From a virus, in the IMG/VR virus record IMGVR_UViG_3300032236_001180, positions 60,556-124,555 of that record: 64,000 nt of DNA, one strand, 5' to 3'. The position numbers were made by a program, and so were the translations under genes. The notes below the pieces were generated by a model. The model searched no databases and was not told the origin of the DNA. It saw only the letters and a program-made list of their open reading frames with translations. Of this stretch, positions 1 to 10,165 are shown one piece after another (the first letter of the stretch is position 1; each line of letters starts with the position of its first letter).

Positions 1-2
1 CA

Positions 3-3000
3 ATTTTAATTGGAATTGCTTCAACTGATCCAAGTGTCGTTGGAAGTGCCTCTACTTATTATGGAAATGTTGGTATAGGATCCACAATTCCGCAGCAAAA
101 ATTAGATATTGGCGGAAGTTTAAAAATAAGTAAAGATATTTACGATTCTTTAAATGCCCCAGGTTCTGTTGGATCATTTTTAACCAAAGATGCACAGGGA
201 ATTAAATGGACCCCAGTTCAGCCATCAATTACTCAAGGTATTTTTGTTTATAATGATGAAATATTAGTTGGGGTTCAATCATTTAGGGGTTTGAACTTCA
301 AAACTGGTCGTAGTTCTGGAGTTGGAACAGATCCAATACAAGCATATGTGGGTGCAGCAAATACCACTATTGCTGATGTGTATGTTTCTAGTTATTGGGA
401 TTATACGAATGGGACAAATAGTATTTACAGAATGTCTAATGTTGGTATTAATATAAACAATCCAACAGTAGCATTGGATATAGATGGGAGTGCTTCTATT
501 ACTCAAACTATGAGTGCCGCTTATGGAGAAATATCACAAACTTTAAACGCTCACGGTGCAGTTACATTTTATTCTACATTAGACACAAAAGGAATTACGA
601 CACTTGAAGATAAATTAAATGTTACCGGAGATACTACATTATATTCAACACTTAAAGTTGGTGCTGGTGGGACAGTCATTACCACAACAGGTATTGGTTC
701 TGTTGGTATTGGAACTATAAATCCATCAAGAGATATTGATTTAGCAAAAGATATTAGAATTCGTGAAGCAATATTTGATTCTAATAATAATGTTGGGTAT
801 GTTACAAACTTTTACCAAAATCCAAGAGCAGTATTGACTACTGTTGGTATTGGAAGTACCGGACAAATCATAGGGGGAAGATTCTTTGATGCTGCAAATA
901 TGATTCGTTTGAATCTTGATTTTATTGCAAATGAGGCAATCGGATTTCTTACGAGTACAGATTATAAAAATCCAGCATTTGTTGTTCCTGGCGTTGGTGG
1001 AGTTTCAACTTGTAGAAATGATATTAAGCAAATTTTAAAGGCAATCACTCTTGATATTACTAAAGGTGGAAATTCACAGTCTGTAGGTGCTGGTTTATCG
1101 TATTATAATGGACCATCACTTATTCATATTGCTGGAAATGATATAAATGGTTATTCAATTAAAGATGCTACGATTGTCGCAATTACAACGGCAGCTCAAC
1201 TTTCCAAGTATATTATCAACAATGCTTTATTGCCAAACTCATATCAAAGTGGCATAAGCAGTATTCGTCAAATTCGTGATTTGACTTTACAGGAAGATAA
1301 TGGAAGTAATGTTAGTCCAACGGGATGTTCTAATGTAGTTTCGGCAATTTATACTTGTGCCGGAATTGTAACTACAATTATTGGTGGAGGTCCAACATCT
1401 GCGCCAAATATTACTTATCCTGACGGCAAAGTAATTTGGGCACCAGCAGGAGCAGATTCTAGAAACTCAATTTGGGTTACGAAATATGGAAATGATGATA
1501 ATACTGGAAAAACTGAAGGTGATGCAAAACTAACAATTGCTGCCGCAGCAGCAATTGCAAAATCTGGCGATACTGTTGTTGTTCGTCCTGGTGTTTATTA
1601 TGAAAATAATCCAATTGGTTTAAGAACTGATGTTGCGATTAGCGGTCAAGATTTAAGACTTGTTACTGTGGTTCCTCAAAATTTAGGAAAAGATGTCTTT
1701 CACGTAAGAAGAGGATGTTTGATTGAAAACTTAAATTTTTCTTGTGATACTGGACAATCTAATTTAGGCGGTGGAGCTGTTGCATTTCCACCAACTGATG
1801 TATCTAAAATAGCAGTATCTGGTTATATTGCCCCCGGACCAGCAACCGAAGGACCATCAGGAAGATGGAGATCTCCGTATATAAGAAATTGCACCAATTT
1901 TATGCCAAAAAGTATTGGCATGAGAATTGATGGAAAGGATGCAACTGCTTCTACGATTGGAGCAGATCTTAAGTGTATGGTTTGTGATTCATTTACACAA
2001 TATAATGAAGCGGGTATTGGGGTTTCTGTTACGAATAATGGATATGCCCAATTGGTTTCTATTTTTACAATCAACTGTGATATTGCAATTTATGCAACAA
2101 GTGGTGGACAGTGCGATTTAACTAACTCAAACTCTTCGTTTGGAAACTATGGATTAGTTGCTGATGGTCTTGGTGCTTTAGAATTTACAGCAAATGTTGG
2201 TGTGGAATTCACTGGTGGTGGGGATACCATTGTCCTTAATAATGTGCAGGACACTTCTTTAAATTATCGTATTCCATATGATGGCCAAGCACTTTGGTTC
2301 CAAATTCCAGTAAATGGAACTTATATTACAAGTCCTATGCAACAATTAGGTAGTGTAACTGTACTTAATGGTGGTAGTGGTTATAGTGCAGCATCTCCAC
2401 CAAGCATAACTCTTGTTGATATTGGAAATAGCAATAGCCTATTGCCATTAGGACCAGAAGGAATTATTGCAGAAGTATCCCCAACTATAAATGATTCTGG
2501 TGCAATCACAGCAATTGATGTGGTTAATAGTGGAAGAAATTATCTTCCCACTCAAACGATGAGAATTGCGATTAATGGAGTGGTTCAAAGTACAAGCAAT
2601 TATGTTGCAAATATGTCTCCAATATATTACACAGTAAATTCTGCAACAGCAACTAATACTGGAATTTCAACAGTAGTATTCAATGAATTCGTTCCATTTA
2701 ATATTGGAATTGGAACAACAGTTAGAATGTATAGAATTAGTCGTATTCTTACTAGTGGTCATTCATTTGAATATATTGGTACTGGAACAGATATAAATAC
2801 AGCAACACCCCAAAAGGGTGGTGTTCCAATTACAGAAAATGAAGTTGTTGCTCGTAATGGTGCCCAAATACCATATACAAGCACCAATCAAAAAGGAAAT
2901 TTTGAAATTGGAAAGGGGATCATTATAGATCAAACTACCAATACAATTCGTGGTAGAGATTTTAGTAGAGCGATACAAGCAGAAGTTACACCTTTAATTC

Positions 3001-3014
3001 TTGCATTGAGATAA
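3..3014 (+). CDS. Virion structural/tail-fibre-associated protein with pectin-lyase-like beta-helix region (5' end lies upstream of the window)
   Basis: Frame is open from position 3 (ILIGIASTD...GNVGIGST), in frame with the 291 ORF. Motifs GNDDNTGK..AKLTI, PGVYYENNPI, SPYIRNCTNF and LTNSNSSFGNYGL. Paralogous to 20686-22542. Confidence 0.75.
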   Translation: MLIGIASTDPSVVGSASTYYGNVGIGSTIPQQKLDIGGSLKISKDIYDSLNAPGSVGSFLTKDAQGIKWTPVQPSITQGIFVYNDEILVGVQSFRGLNFKTGRSSGVGTDPIQAYVGAANTTIADVYVSSYWDYTNGTNSIYRMSNVGININNPTVALDIDGSASITQTMSAAYGEISQTLNAHGAVTFYSTLDTKGITTLEDKLNVTGDTTLYSTLKVGAGGTVITTTGIGSVGIGTINPSRDIDLAKDIRIREAIFDSNNNVGYVTNFYQNPRAVLTTVGIGSTGQIIGGRFFDAANMIRLNLDFIANEAIGFLTSTDYKNPAFVVPGVGGVSTCRNDIKQILKAITLDITKGGNSQSVGAGLSYYNGPSLIHIAGNDINGYSIKDATIVAITTAAQLSKYIINNALLPNSYQSGISSIRQIRDLTLQEDNGSNVSPTGCSNVVSAIYTCAGIVTTIIGGGPTSAPNITYPDGKVIWAPAGADSRNSIWVTKYGNDDNTGKTEGDAKLTIAAAAAIAKSGDTVVVRPGVYYENNPIGLRTDVAISGQDLRLVTVVPQNLGKDVFHVRRGCLIENLNFSCDTGQSNLGGGAVAFPPTDVSKIAVSGYIAPGPATEGPSGRWRSPYIRNCTNFMPKSIGMRIDGKDATASTIGADLKCMVCDSFTQYNEAGIGVSVTNNGYAQLVSIFTINCDIAIYATSGGQCDLTNSNSSFGNYGLVADGLGALEFTANVGVEFTGGGDTIVLNNVQDTSLNYRIPYDGQALWFQIPVNGTYITSPMQQLGSVTVLNGGSGYSAASPPSITLVDIGNSNSLLPLGPEGIIAEVSPTINDSGAITAIDVVNSGRNYLPTQTMRIAINGVVQSTSNYVANMSPIYYTVNSATATNTGISTVVFNEFVPFNIGIGTTVRMYRISRILTSGHSFEYIGTGTDINTATPQKGGVPITENEVVARNGAQIPYTSTNQKGNFEIGKGIIIDQTTNTIRGRDFSRAIQAEVTPLILALR

Positions 3015-3017
3015 GAA

Positions 3018-3680
3018 ATGGCAGTTGCACCACTTAATAAGTTCCTCACATTTGCAGTTCCAGTTGCGCCAGGAGAACAAGTAGTATATACAACTCCTGT
3101 GGGAGTATCGGCAATTTTACTTTATGCTCAGGCATCAAATGTTGCTGGAATTACAACTTATCCATCATTGACATTTACACATCGCAGAACAACAATTAAA
3201 ACTGGAAATGTAAGAAACAATAGAGTCATTAAAGGTGGAAAAATATTTCCAAATGATAGTTTAATTATTATTGATGGTAGATTGGTATTAGAAAGAACGG
3301 CTTTAATTTCAGATTCAATTGTAATTTCTGGAACTCAATCTGGTATTGTTTCAGTTACTGGTTGTAAGTATGATAACACAACAGGCATAACAACAGTTAC
3401 TACAATTAGTCCCCATAACTTTTCTGTTGGGGACGAAATTACAATGAGTGGTCTTGGATTTACTTGTAGTGGAAGCAGTGGAATTACTACTACCATATTT
3501 CCATCACCGCAAGCATCTTTTGTTGTAAGTGGAATCACTGGAAGCGTTGGAACTTCTCTTACCTTTACTACAACTAGTGGAGTAATTGCTGGAATAGCGC
3601 ACACTTATGTGAGTGGAGGAAAAGTAGCTCCACTTCAAATGGAATTTATTTGTAGTATTTTGGAAAATAGTACAGTATAA
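3018..3680 (+). CDS. Virion structural protein
   Basis: Tightly coupled to neighbours. MAVAPLNKF...YTTPVGVSAILLYAQ...SILEN is paralogous to 22546-22887, with an extra TGITTVTT..HNFSVG module. Confidence 0.7.
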   Translation: MAVAPLNKFLTFAVPVAPGEQVVYTTPVGVSAILLYAQASNVAGITTYPSLTFTHRRTTIKTGNVRNNRVIKGGKIFPNDSLIIIDGRLVLERTALISDSIVISGTQSGIVSVTGCKYDNTTGITTVTTISPHNFSVGDEITMSGLGFTCSGSSGITTTIFPSPQASFVVSGITGSVGTSLTFTTTSGVIAGIAHTYVSGGKVAPLQMEFICSILENSTV

Positions 3681-6600
3681 TGGCGAAGTATTTAAGTGGA
3701 AGAGTTCAAAGAACCCCACAATCTGGATTAACTTCTGACAGATATAGCTATTTGTCTTTGGATCAAGCAGAGCCAAATCTTGGCGATCCTGCGGTTCCTG
3801 GAGTAATACTACCTTCTGGAGTTCAATATCAACTAATATCAGTACTCAATCATCCAGGAGAAAGATATTGGATTCCTGTTGGTGGTGGTTTGATTCCAGG
3901 TTCTATTAGTGTTTATGATGAAGGATTGCTAGTTCCACCTGGAGGTGTAAGTAGCATTACTCAACTTAATTTTGTTGGTGCTGCTATTAGTGCTTCTGGG
4001 TATTTGGATTCTTATGGAAATCCAGGCACAATTTCAACGATTACAGTTTTTGCTCCGGGAAATAATAAAGAATTAATTTTTAATAGTAATAATGAGTTTT
4101 CATCCTCTGTTGATTTAACTTATGATACTAACACTGGTATCTTAACTGCAGCAAGAATATTAAATGTTGGTACTGGTGGTACAGTTTTTTCAACAACAGG
4201 CATTGGTTCTGTTGGTATTGGAACTACAAATCCAACCACAAAACTTCATATTGTTGGAGATTTGAGACTAACTGGAACCATTTACGATTATGCAAATAAT
4301 CCCGGAATAAGTCAACAAATATTAGTTAAAAACAATCTTGGTTCATTGGTATGGACTAGTCAAGGTTCAATTAAAGCAGGAGCAGGTGGAACTTTTAATC
4401 AAGTACAATATCATAATTCTGCTGGATTGGTAGATGGTGCTGCAAATTTTGTATATGATCCAATTACTGGTAATGTTGGTATTGGAAGTACTTTGCCAAC
4501 TTATCTTTTAGATGTTGCCGGAAATACTAGAATTACTGGAATTACTACATTAAATAAACTTTATGTAACTGGAATTTCCACTTTTAGTTCTTCTGCGGAT
4601 TCTACAAATACAACATCTGGAGCATTAATTATATCCGGTGGTGTTGGAATTGCCAAAAACTTAAATGTGGGGGCAGTAATATCCACACAAAGTTTAAATG
4701 TAACCGGCCAGACAACAACTCAAAATTTAAATGTTGTTGGTGTCTCTACTTTATTTGATATTACCGGAACAAGTGCCAATTTTACTGGTATTGTCACAGC
4801 ATCTACATTTAAAGGACAAATCAGTTCTGGTGTTGGAACAATTACCACATTTAATTCCACAACTGGAATAATAACCGCTTTAACTGGCACAGCAGTTACT
4901 TATACGACTGGAAATATTACTACTTTAAATGGTTCTAATCTTTATTATAATACCGGCATTATAACATCATTAACAAGTACGAATTCATCTCTTGCTAATA
5001 TTATTTCATCTGGAATTAGTACTCTTGGAATTACAACAACAACTCAATTAACTGCTAGAAATTTAAATGTTTCCGGAATTACGACAACTCAAACTTTAAA
5101 TGTTTCTGGCACTTCTACCTTTGGCGGTAGCATTATACCATCAGCAACTACAACTTATAATATTGGAAATATCAATTATAAGTGGAATAGTCTTTATGTT
5201 AGTACTATTGTTGCAGATCAAATTACAGGTAATACAACTACTGCAACAAGTGTGATAGGTGGTTATGCTGATATAACATCCTCAAATGTTTCTGGAATTT
5301 CCACTACTCAATATTTGGTAGTTTTAGGTAATAGTTCTTTAGGTATTGCTACTGCTACTAGTGTTACCGCAAATACATTTACTGGTTCTTTGAATGGTAA
5401 TGCCAATACTGCTACAAAATTAGCGACTGGTAGAACTATTGCTATTACTGGTGATTTGGCTTATACGAGTCCATCATTTGATGGTACTGTGAATGTGACT
5501 GGTATTGGCACTTTATCTAATACTGGCGTTACTAGTGCAACATATGGTTCTTCAACGACAGTTCCACAGATTGCGATTGATGCTAAAGGTAGAATTACTT
5601 CGGCATCTAATGTTGGTGTTAATTTTAGTGCTGCCACAGTAGCATCCGCAGATAAATTAACTACAGCAAGAACGATTGCTATTACTGGTGATTTGGCTTA
5701 TACGAGTCCGCCATTTGATGGTACTGCAAATGTGACTGGCATTAGTACTTTAGCGAATACTGGCGTTGTTGCAGCGACTTATGGGTCTTCTACAACAGTT
5801 CCGCAGATTGCGATTGATGCTAAAGGTAGAATTACTTCAGCATCCAATGTTGGTGTTAATTTTAGTGCTGCCACAGTGGCATCCGCAGATAAATTAACCA
5901 CAGGAAGAACAATTTCTATTACTGGGGACTTAGCTTATACAAGTCCATCATTTGATGGTACTGTAAATGTAACTGCAACTGGTACTTTAGCGAATACTGG
6001 TGTTGTTGCAGCCACTTATGGATCTTCAACAACAGTTCCACAAATTATAGTTGATTCTAAAGGCAGAATTACTTCGGCATCTAATGTTGGTGTTAATTTT
6101 AGTGCTGCCACAGTAGCATCAGCAGATAAATTGACTAATGGTAGAACAATTTCTATTACAGGAGATTTAACTTATACTAGTCCATCATTTGATGGTACTG
6201 TAAATGTAACTGCAACTGGTACTTTAGCATCTACTGGTGTTGTTGCAAATACTTATGGATCTGGTTCTCAAGTTCCTGTATTTACAGTAGATTCTAAAGG
6301 TAGAATTACTTCTGTTACAAATACAAGTATTACAGGAATCAATGCTTCTTCTGTTGCTGCTGCCGGTTCCAATACCCAAATACAGTTCAATGATAATAGC
6401 GTTTTTGCTGGAAATGCAAATCTTACTTTTAATAAATCTACAAATACATTTGCAACTTCAATAATATCTGCTAGTAACTCAATTACTGCTGGAACAAATA
6501 CTAGATATCAAATTGGAAATGCTTATCTATCTTCCGGTGGAGATTATGCACATTTAGCAACACACGAATGGTATAATGGTTCATCCTGGCAAACAGATTC

Positions 6601-8413
6601 AACTCCTGGTGGATTATTCCAAATTACAGGGCAATCTTTTAATTGGTATAAACATAACGGTACAGCAACTCATACATTATCACTCAATCTAGATTCTTCT
6701 GGAAATTTAGCTGCAACAGGTACAATCACAGGAACCCAATTAATCTCCACAGTTGCCTCCCCAACCGCACCACTATCAGTAACTTCAACCACTCAAGTTA
6801 CTAACTTAAATTCAAATTACCTGAATGGTCTTACTGCGACCCAGTTCTTCAATAATATGGGGAACAATCACGGCACCAGAACAGATTTTAATTCAATTAC
6901 TAATTTTGGATTTAATTATGTTCAAGGTTCTACAAATAGTCCTGGGATTCCTAGTGCTACTCAGTATTATAATGTTTCATTAGGTCTTGGCAATGATTAT
7001 GCATATTCACAATATGCAATGGAGTTTGCAATACCAAGAGCATCCATAGGCGGAAATCCATACCCTTCAGTAAGATTTAGAGAAGGTGGCACTTGGGGTT
7101 CTTGGAGTAAAATATATGCGGGTTATGCAGATAGTGCAGGATCTTCAACCAATTCAACCAATGCAATTACTGCAACCAACTTATCCGGGGGATCAGTCGC
7201 TGCAACTACTGGAACTTTCAGCAACTACTTAAGAACCCTAGGGCAAGTTCGTGCAACTGGTTGGTATGGAACTCCTACTGGAAGTTCTTATACTGGTCTT
7301 GCAGTTGAAATGGGAGTAAGTGGTGGTACTGGATATACTCTTTGTTATAACCGAGACACTAGTACTTATGGTAATTTTAATCTTGCTGGTGCGTCTACAA
7401 ATATTCTATTGCCATCCTCCGGTACTACTATTACTGTTACTGGTTCAATTAGTGCATCGGGTTCAGTTGCAGGAACCAACATAACATCAGGAGGAAATGT
7501 TACTGGTTCTTCTGTTTCTTGTTCTGGAAACGCAGCCACTGCAACCAACTTAAGCACAATAAGAACTAATTGGTATACAAATGGAACTATTTCTGCTGTT
7601 GTTGGGCAACTTTCCTGGAAATACTACCAAGACAACCACACAATCTTTGATGCTTCTGCTAGTACTTCTCCTGATGGTGGAGCAGTAAATAATACCAATT
7701 CTCAAGTTGCTTGGACTTCAACATATCCAACGTTAATGGGATGGAATGGCACAAATACTTTTGGTGTTCGTGTTGATTCTGCAAGAATTGCAGATACTAC
7801 AACTAGTCTTGCAAGTTTAACTGTAAATCAAACATCATATAGTTGCACAAATCCGATTACAACAGCAACTGGTAATACTATTAATATTGCATCTTCAAGT
7901 AATGCTTATGGAAGAAAATTTGTTCAATCTACAGCACCTACAAGTCCTTGCGATGGTGATGTTTGGTATGATACTAGCGGAGCTACTGCAACCGGATCAA
8001 TAGATGCTATAGGATTAGCAAATCAAGTTTTATATAAAAATGCATCCAATCTTACAACTGGTTCTAATAATTTGGTATTTGATGGAACAAATCTTTTTGT
8101 GGCAGGAGATATTACTGCATATTATACTTCAGATCAAAGATTAAAAAATAATATCACACCAATTTCAAATTCATTAGATAAAGTACTTTCAATTAGTGGA
8201 AATATATTTGATTGGGATAAAAAATCTGGCAAAACAGGAAGTGAAGCCGGAGTAATTGCACAAGAAATACAAAAAGTTCTTCCCCAAGCGGTCGTCACAA
8301 GAGATAATGGTTACCTTGCAGTAAAATATGACCAGATAATTCCTCTTTTGATTGAGGCAATTAAAGACCTCAAAGAAGAAATAAATGAACTAAAAAAAGA
8401 AAAAGACAATTAA
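3680..8413 (+). CDS. Long tail-fibre-like protein with C-terminal S74 intramolecular chaperone
   Basis: GIGTTNP motifs and internal 79-aa repeats. C-terminus YTSDQRLKNNI..GVIAQEIQ..VKYDQIIPLLIEAIK followed by a coiled coil. Confidence 0.85.
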   Translation: MAKYLSGRVQRTPQSGLTSDRYSYLSLDQAEPNLGDPAVPGVILPSGVQYQLISVLNHPGERYWIPVGGGLIPGSISVYDEGLLVPPGGVSSITQLNFVGAAISASGYLDSYGNPGTISTITVFAPGNNKELIFNSNNEFSSSVDLTYDTNTGILTAARILNVGTGGTVFSTTGIGSVGIGTTNPTTKLHIVGDLRLTGTIYDYANNPGISQQILVKNNLGSLVWTSQGSIKAGAGGTFNQVQYHNSAGLVDGAANFVYDPITGNVGIGSTLPTYLLDVAGNTRITGITTLNKLYVTGISTFSSSADSTNTTSGALIISGGVGIAKNLNVGAVISTQSLNVTGQTTTQNLNVVGVSTLFDITGTSANFTGIVTASTFKGQISSGVGTITTFNSTTGIITALTGTAVTYTTGNITTLNGSNLYYNTGIITSLTSTNSSLANIISSGISTLGITTTTQLTARNLNVSGITTTQTLNVSGTSTFGGSIIPSATTTYNIGNINYKWNSLYVSTIVADQITGNTTTATSVIGGYADITSSNVSGISTTQYLVVLGNSSLGIATATSVTANTFTGSLNGNANTATKLATGRTIAITGDLAYTSPSFDGTVNVTGIGTLSNTGVTSATYGSSTTVPQIAIDAKGRITSASNVGVNFSAATVASADKLTTARTIAITGDLAYTSPPFDGTANVTGISTLANTGVVAATYGSSTTVPQIAIDAKGRITSASNVGVNFSAATVASADKLTTGRTISITGDLAYTSPSFDGTVNVTATGTLANTGVVAATYGSSTTVPQIIVDSKGRITSASNVGVNFSAATVASADKLTNGRTISITGDLTYTSPSFDGTVNVTATGTLASTGVVANTYGSGSQVPVFTVDSKGRITSVTNTSITGINASSVAAAGSNTQIQFNDNSVFAGNANLTFNKSTNTFATSIISASNSITAGTNTRYQIGNAYLSSGGDYAHLATHEWYNGSSWQTDSTPGGLFQITGQSFNWYKHNGTATHTLSLNLDSSGNLAATGTITGTQLISTVASPTAPLSVTSTTQVTNLNSNYLNGLTATQFFNNMGNNHGTRTDFNSITNFGFNYVQGSTNSPGIPSATQYYNVSLGLGNDYAYSQYAMEFAIPRASIGGNPYPSVRFREGGTWGSWSKIYAGYADSAGSSTNSTNAITATNLSGGSVAATTGTFSNYLRTLGQVRATGWYGTPTGSSYTGLAVEMGVSGGTGYTLCYNRDTSTYGNFNLAGASTNILLPSSGTTITVTGSISASGSVAGTNITSGGNVTGSSVSCSGNAATATNLSTIRTNWYTNGTISAVVGQLSWKYYQDNHTIFDASASTSPDGGAVNNTNSQVAWTSTYPTLMGWNGTNTFGVRVDSARIADTTTSLASLTVNQTSYSCTNPITTATGNTINIASSSNAYGRKFVQSTAPTSPCDGDVWYDTSGATATGSIDAIGLANQVLYKNASNLTTGSNNLVFDGTNLFVAGDITAYYTSDQRLKNNITPISNSLDKVLSISGNIFDWDKKSGKTGSEAGVIAQEIQKVLPQAVVTRDNGYLAVKYDQIIPLLIEAIKDLKEEINELKKEKDN
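5417..6320 (+). repeat. About four tandem 237-nt (79-aa) repeats inside the fibre gene
   Basis: Unit KL.TGRTI.ITGDLAYTSPSFDGT.NVT..TL.NTGV.A.TYGSSTTVPQI..D.KGRITSA starts at 5417, 5654, 5891 and 6128. Confidence 0.9.
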
Positions 8414-8458
8414 TTGAATAACAATCTAAATATTTAAAAAATTAAAATTAAAATTAAT

Positions 8459-9166
8459 ATGCCAACTTATGTTAGAAGTTCTGGGCAGTGGTTGCCTGTA
8501 TCTGGTTCTGTTCCAGCAGACATTAATACTATAGCATCAGCAAATCAAGTTATATATAAAAATTCATCAAATATACCAACTGGTTCCGCTAATTTGACTT
8601 TTAGTGGTTCTAATTTGTCTTGTGGTGGTAATATATCTGCTACTGGAAATGTATCTGCTACTGGAAATGTATCTGCTAGTGGAAATGTGATTGCTTCTGG
8701 ATATGGATTTTTTACAACTCCAAACTTAGGAACAACCGGTGGTGTAAGAGTGGTTGCAAACGCAACCACTGGAAATGGATATTTGCAATTTACAAATAAC
8801 GCTCAGAATGCAGAATATTTTAATATTTTAGCAACTTCTGGTAGCGCAGTTTTTAGTGGTACAGTTGCAGCAAACTCCGATGTTAAGTTGAAAACTAATA
8901 TTAAAACAATTTCTAATGCTTTAGATAAAGTAACTAGACTTAGGGGGGTAGAGTATGATAGAATAGATTATAATAACCATGAAATTGGCGTCATTGCTCA
9001 GGAGGTTGAAAAAGTTGTTCCAGAAGTTATTAAAGAAAATAATGATATTAAATCAGTTGCTTATGGAAATCTAGTTGGATTGTTAATTGAAGCAATCAAG
9101 GAACAAAATCAAAAAATAGATAATCTCACAGAAGAAATAAATACTTTGAAAAATGGAGGTAAATAA
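8459..9166 (+). CDS. Short fibre protein with S74 intramolecular chaperone
   Basis: NSDVKLKTNIKTI..LRGVEY..IGVIAQEVE..VAYGNLVGLLIEAIK. TAAATA late-promoter-like motif near 8427. Confidence 0.85.
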   Translation: MPTYVRSSGQWLPVSGSVPADINTIASANQVIYKNSSNIPTGSANLTFSGSNLSCGGNISATGNVSATGNVSASGNVIASGYGFFTTPNLGTTGGVRVVANATTGNGYLQFTNNAQNAEYFNILATSGSAVFSGTVAANSDVKLKTNIKTISNALDKVTRLRGVEYDRIDYNNHEIGVIAQEVEKVVPEVIKENNDIKSVAYGNLVGLLIEAIKEQNQKIDNLTEEINTLKNGGK

Positions 9167-9373
9167 GTGGCTGCTGTATTATATGGAACTTATATGATGG
9201 ATAATGGAAATAGGGTATTGAGTTCAGTCGGAAATTGTAATTGTGCTATAGCAGATTGTGGTGATTTTCAGTGTTCTGCCTCAAATTGTTCTGGTTTAGG
9301 ACAATCCAATAATCAAGTATATATAGGAGGAACTGGATTTACCAGATACAATTGCAATTGTCAATGTGCATAA
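9167..9373 (+). CDS. Cys-rich 68-aa peptide, putative radical SAM substrate (RiPP-like precursor)
   Basis: GTG start immediately after the upstream TAA, SD GGAGG at about 9156. Eight Cys in the pattern CxC-x4-C-x4-C-x4-C...CxCxC. Lies two genes upstream of a radical SAM/SPASM gene. Confidence 0.75.
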   Translation: MAAVLYGTYMMDNGNRVLSSVGNCNCAIADCGDFQCSASNCSGLGQSNNQVYIGGTGFTRYNCNCQCA

Positions 9374-9375
9374 TT

Positions 9376-10143
9376 ATGTTAATTAAATCATCAACTAATA
9401 GAAAATGTGGTCCAACTCAATTTTTAGATACTATTAATATATCTAAAAATAATGAAGATTTTTTAATTGATTTTAATTTGAAAAAAAATGTAGTTTCTAT
9501 TGGTTCAACTTTTGAGAATACATCAATTTTAGAACAACATAATATATTAAAACAAATTGAAATTAAATATAGTGATATTCAAAATCTTTCTACAGATTAT
9601 GGAATTATATCTTTTTCATTAGATTATCAATATGAAAATTATATATTAGCATCAATTACACCAAAAACTTTAAACGAAAGGAAACATTTTGCAGATTATC
9701 ACAATGAAAAGAAAATTATACCCATAATTACATATTTTACTCCATATAAAGGATGTTCTTTTGATGAATGCAATATAGTAATAGAATGTTTAAATGAGGT
9801 AAAAACTGAAACTGATATTGTGTTTGATAGTAATATTCCATCTATCAGAAATTTTATTGATAATGAAAATTGCTGGGGCAATTTAACTAATTACCCATCA
9901 ATTATTTCCACAAATACTATAGATATTGGAAAAATATCTATATTTGAAGTAATTGTTCCGCCAAATACAACACTTTATTTGGAATCAAATATTGGAATTT
10001 TAAATAAAAGTAAAATCACACAAACTACTAATATTGAATTGGATTTAACATCTATAAAAGAAGTAACAGAAGATGTTGTTATAAAAATAAGTTCCAAATA
10101 TTGGTCTGGAATTGTTAAAAAAATAATCAAAATATCTAACTAA
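9376..10143 (+). CDS. Hypothetical protein in radical SAM cassette
   Basis: 255-aa ORF from ATG 9376, 2 nt after the peptide stop. Very AT-rich, no recognised motif. Confidence 0.7.
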   Translation: MLIKSSTNRKCGPTQFLDTINISKNNEDFLIDFNLKKNVVSIGSTFENTSILEQHNILKQIEIKYSDIQNLSTDYGIISFSLDYQYENYILASITPKTLNERKHFADYHNEKKIIPIITYFTPYKGCSFDECNIVIECLNEVKTETDIVFDSNIPSIRNFIDNENCWGNLTNYPSIISTNTIDIGKISIFEVIVPPNTTLYLESNIGILNKSKITQTTNIELDLTSIKEVTEDVVIKISSKYWSGIVKKIIKISN

Positions 10144-10165
10144 TTACTTATTAATTATTCAAATT

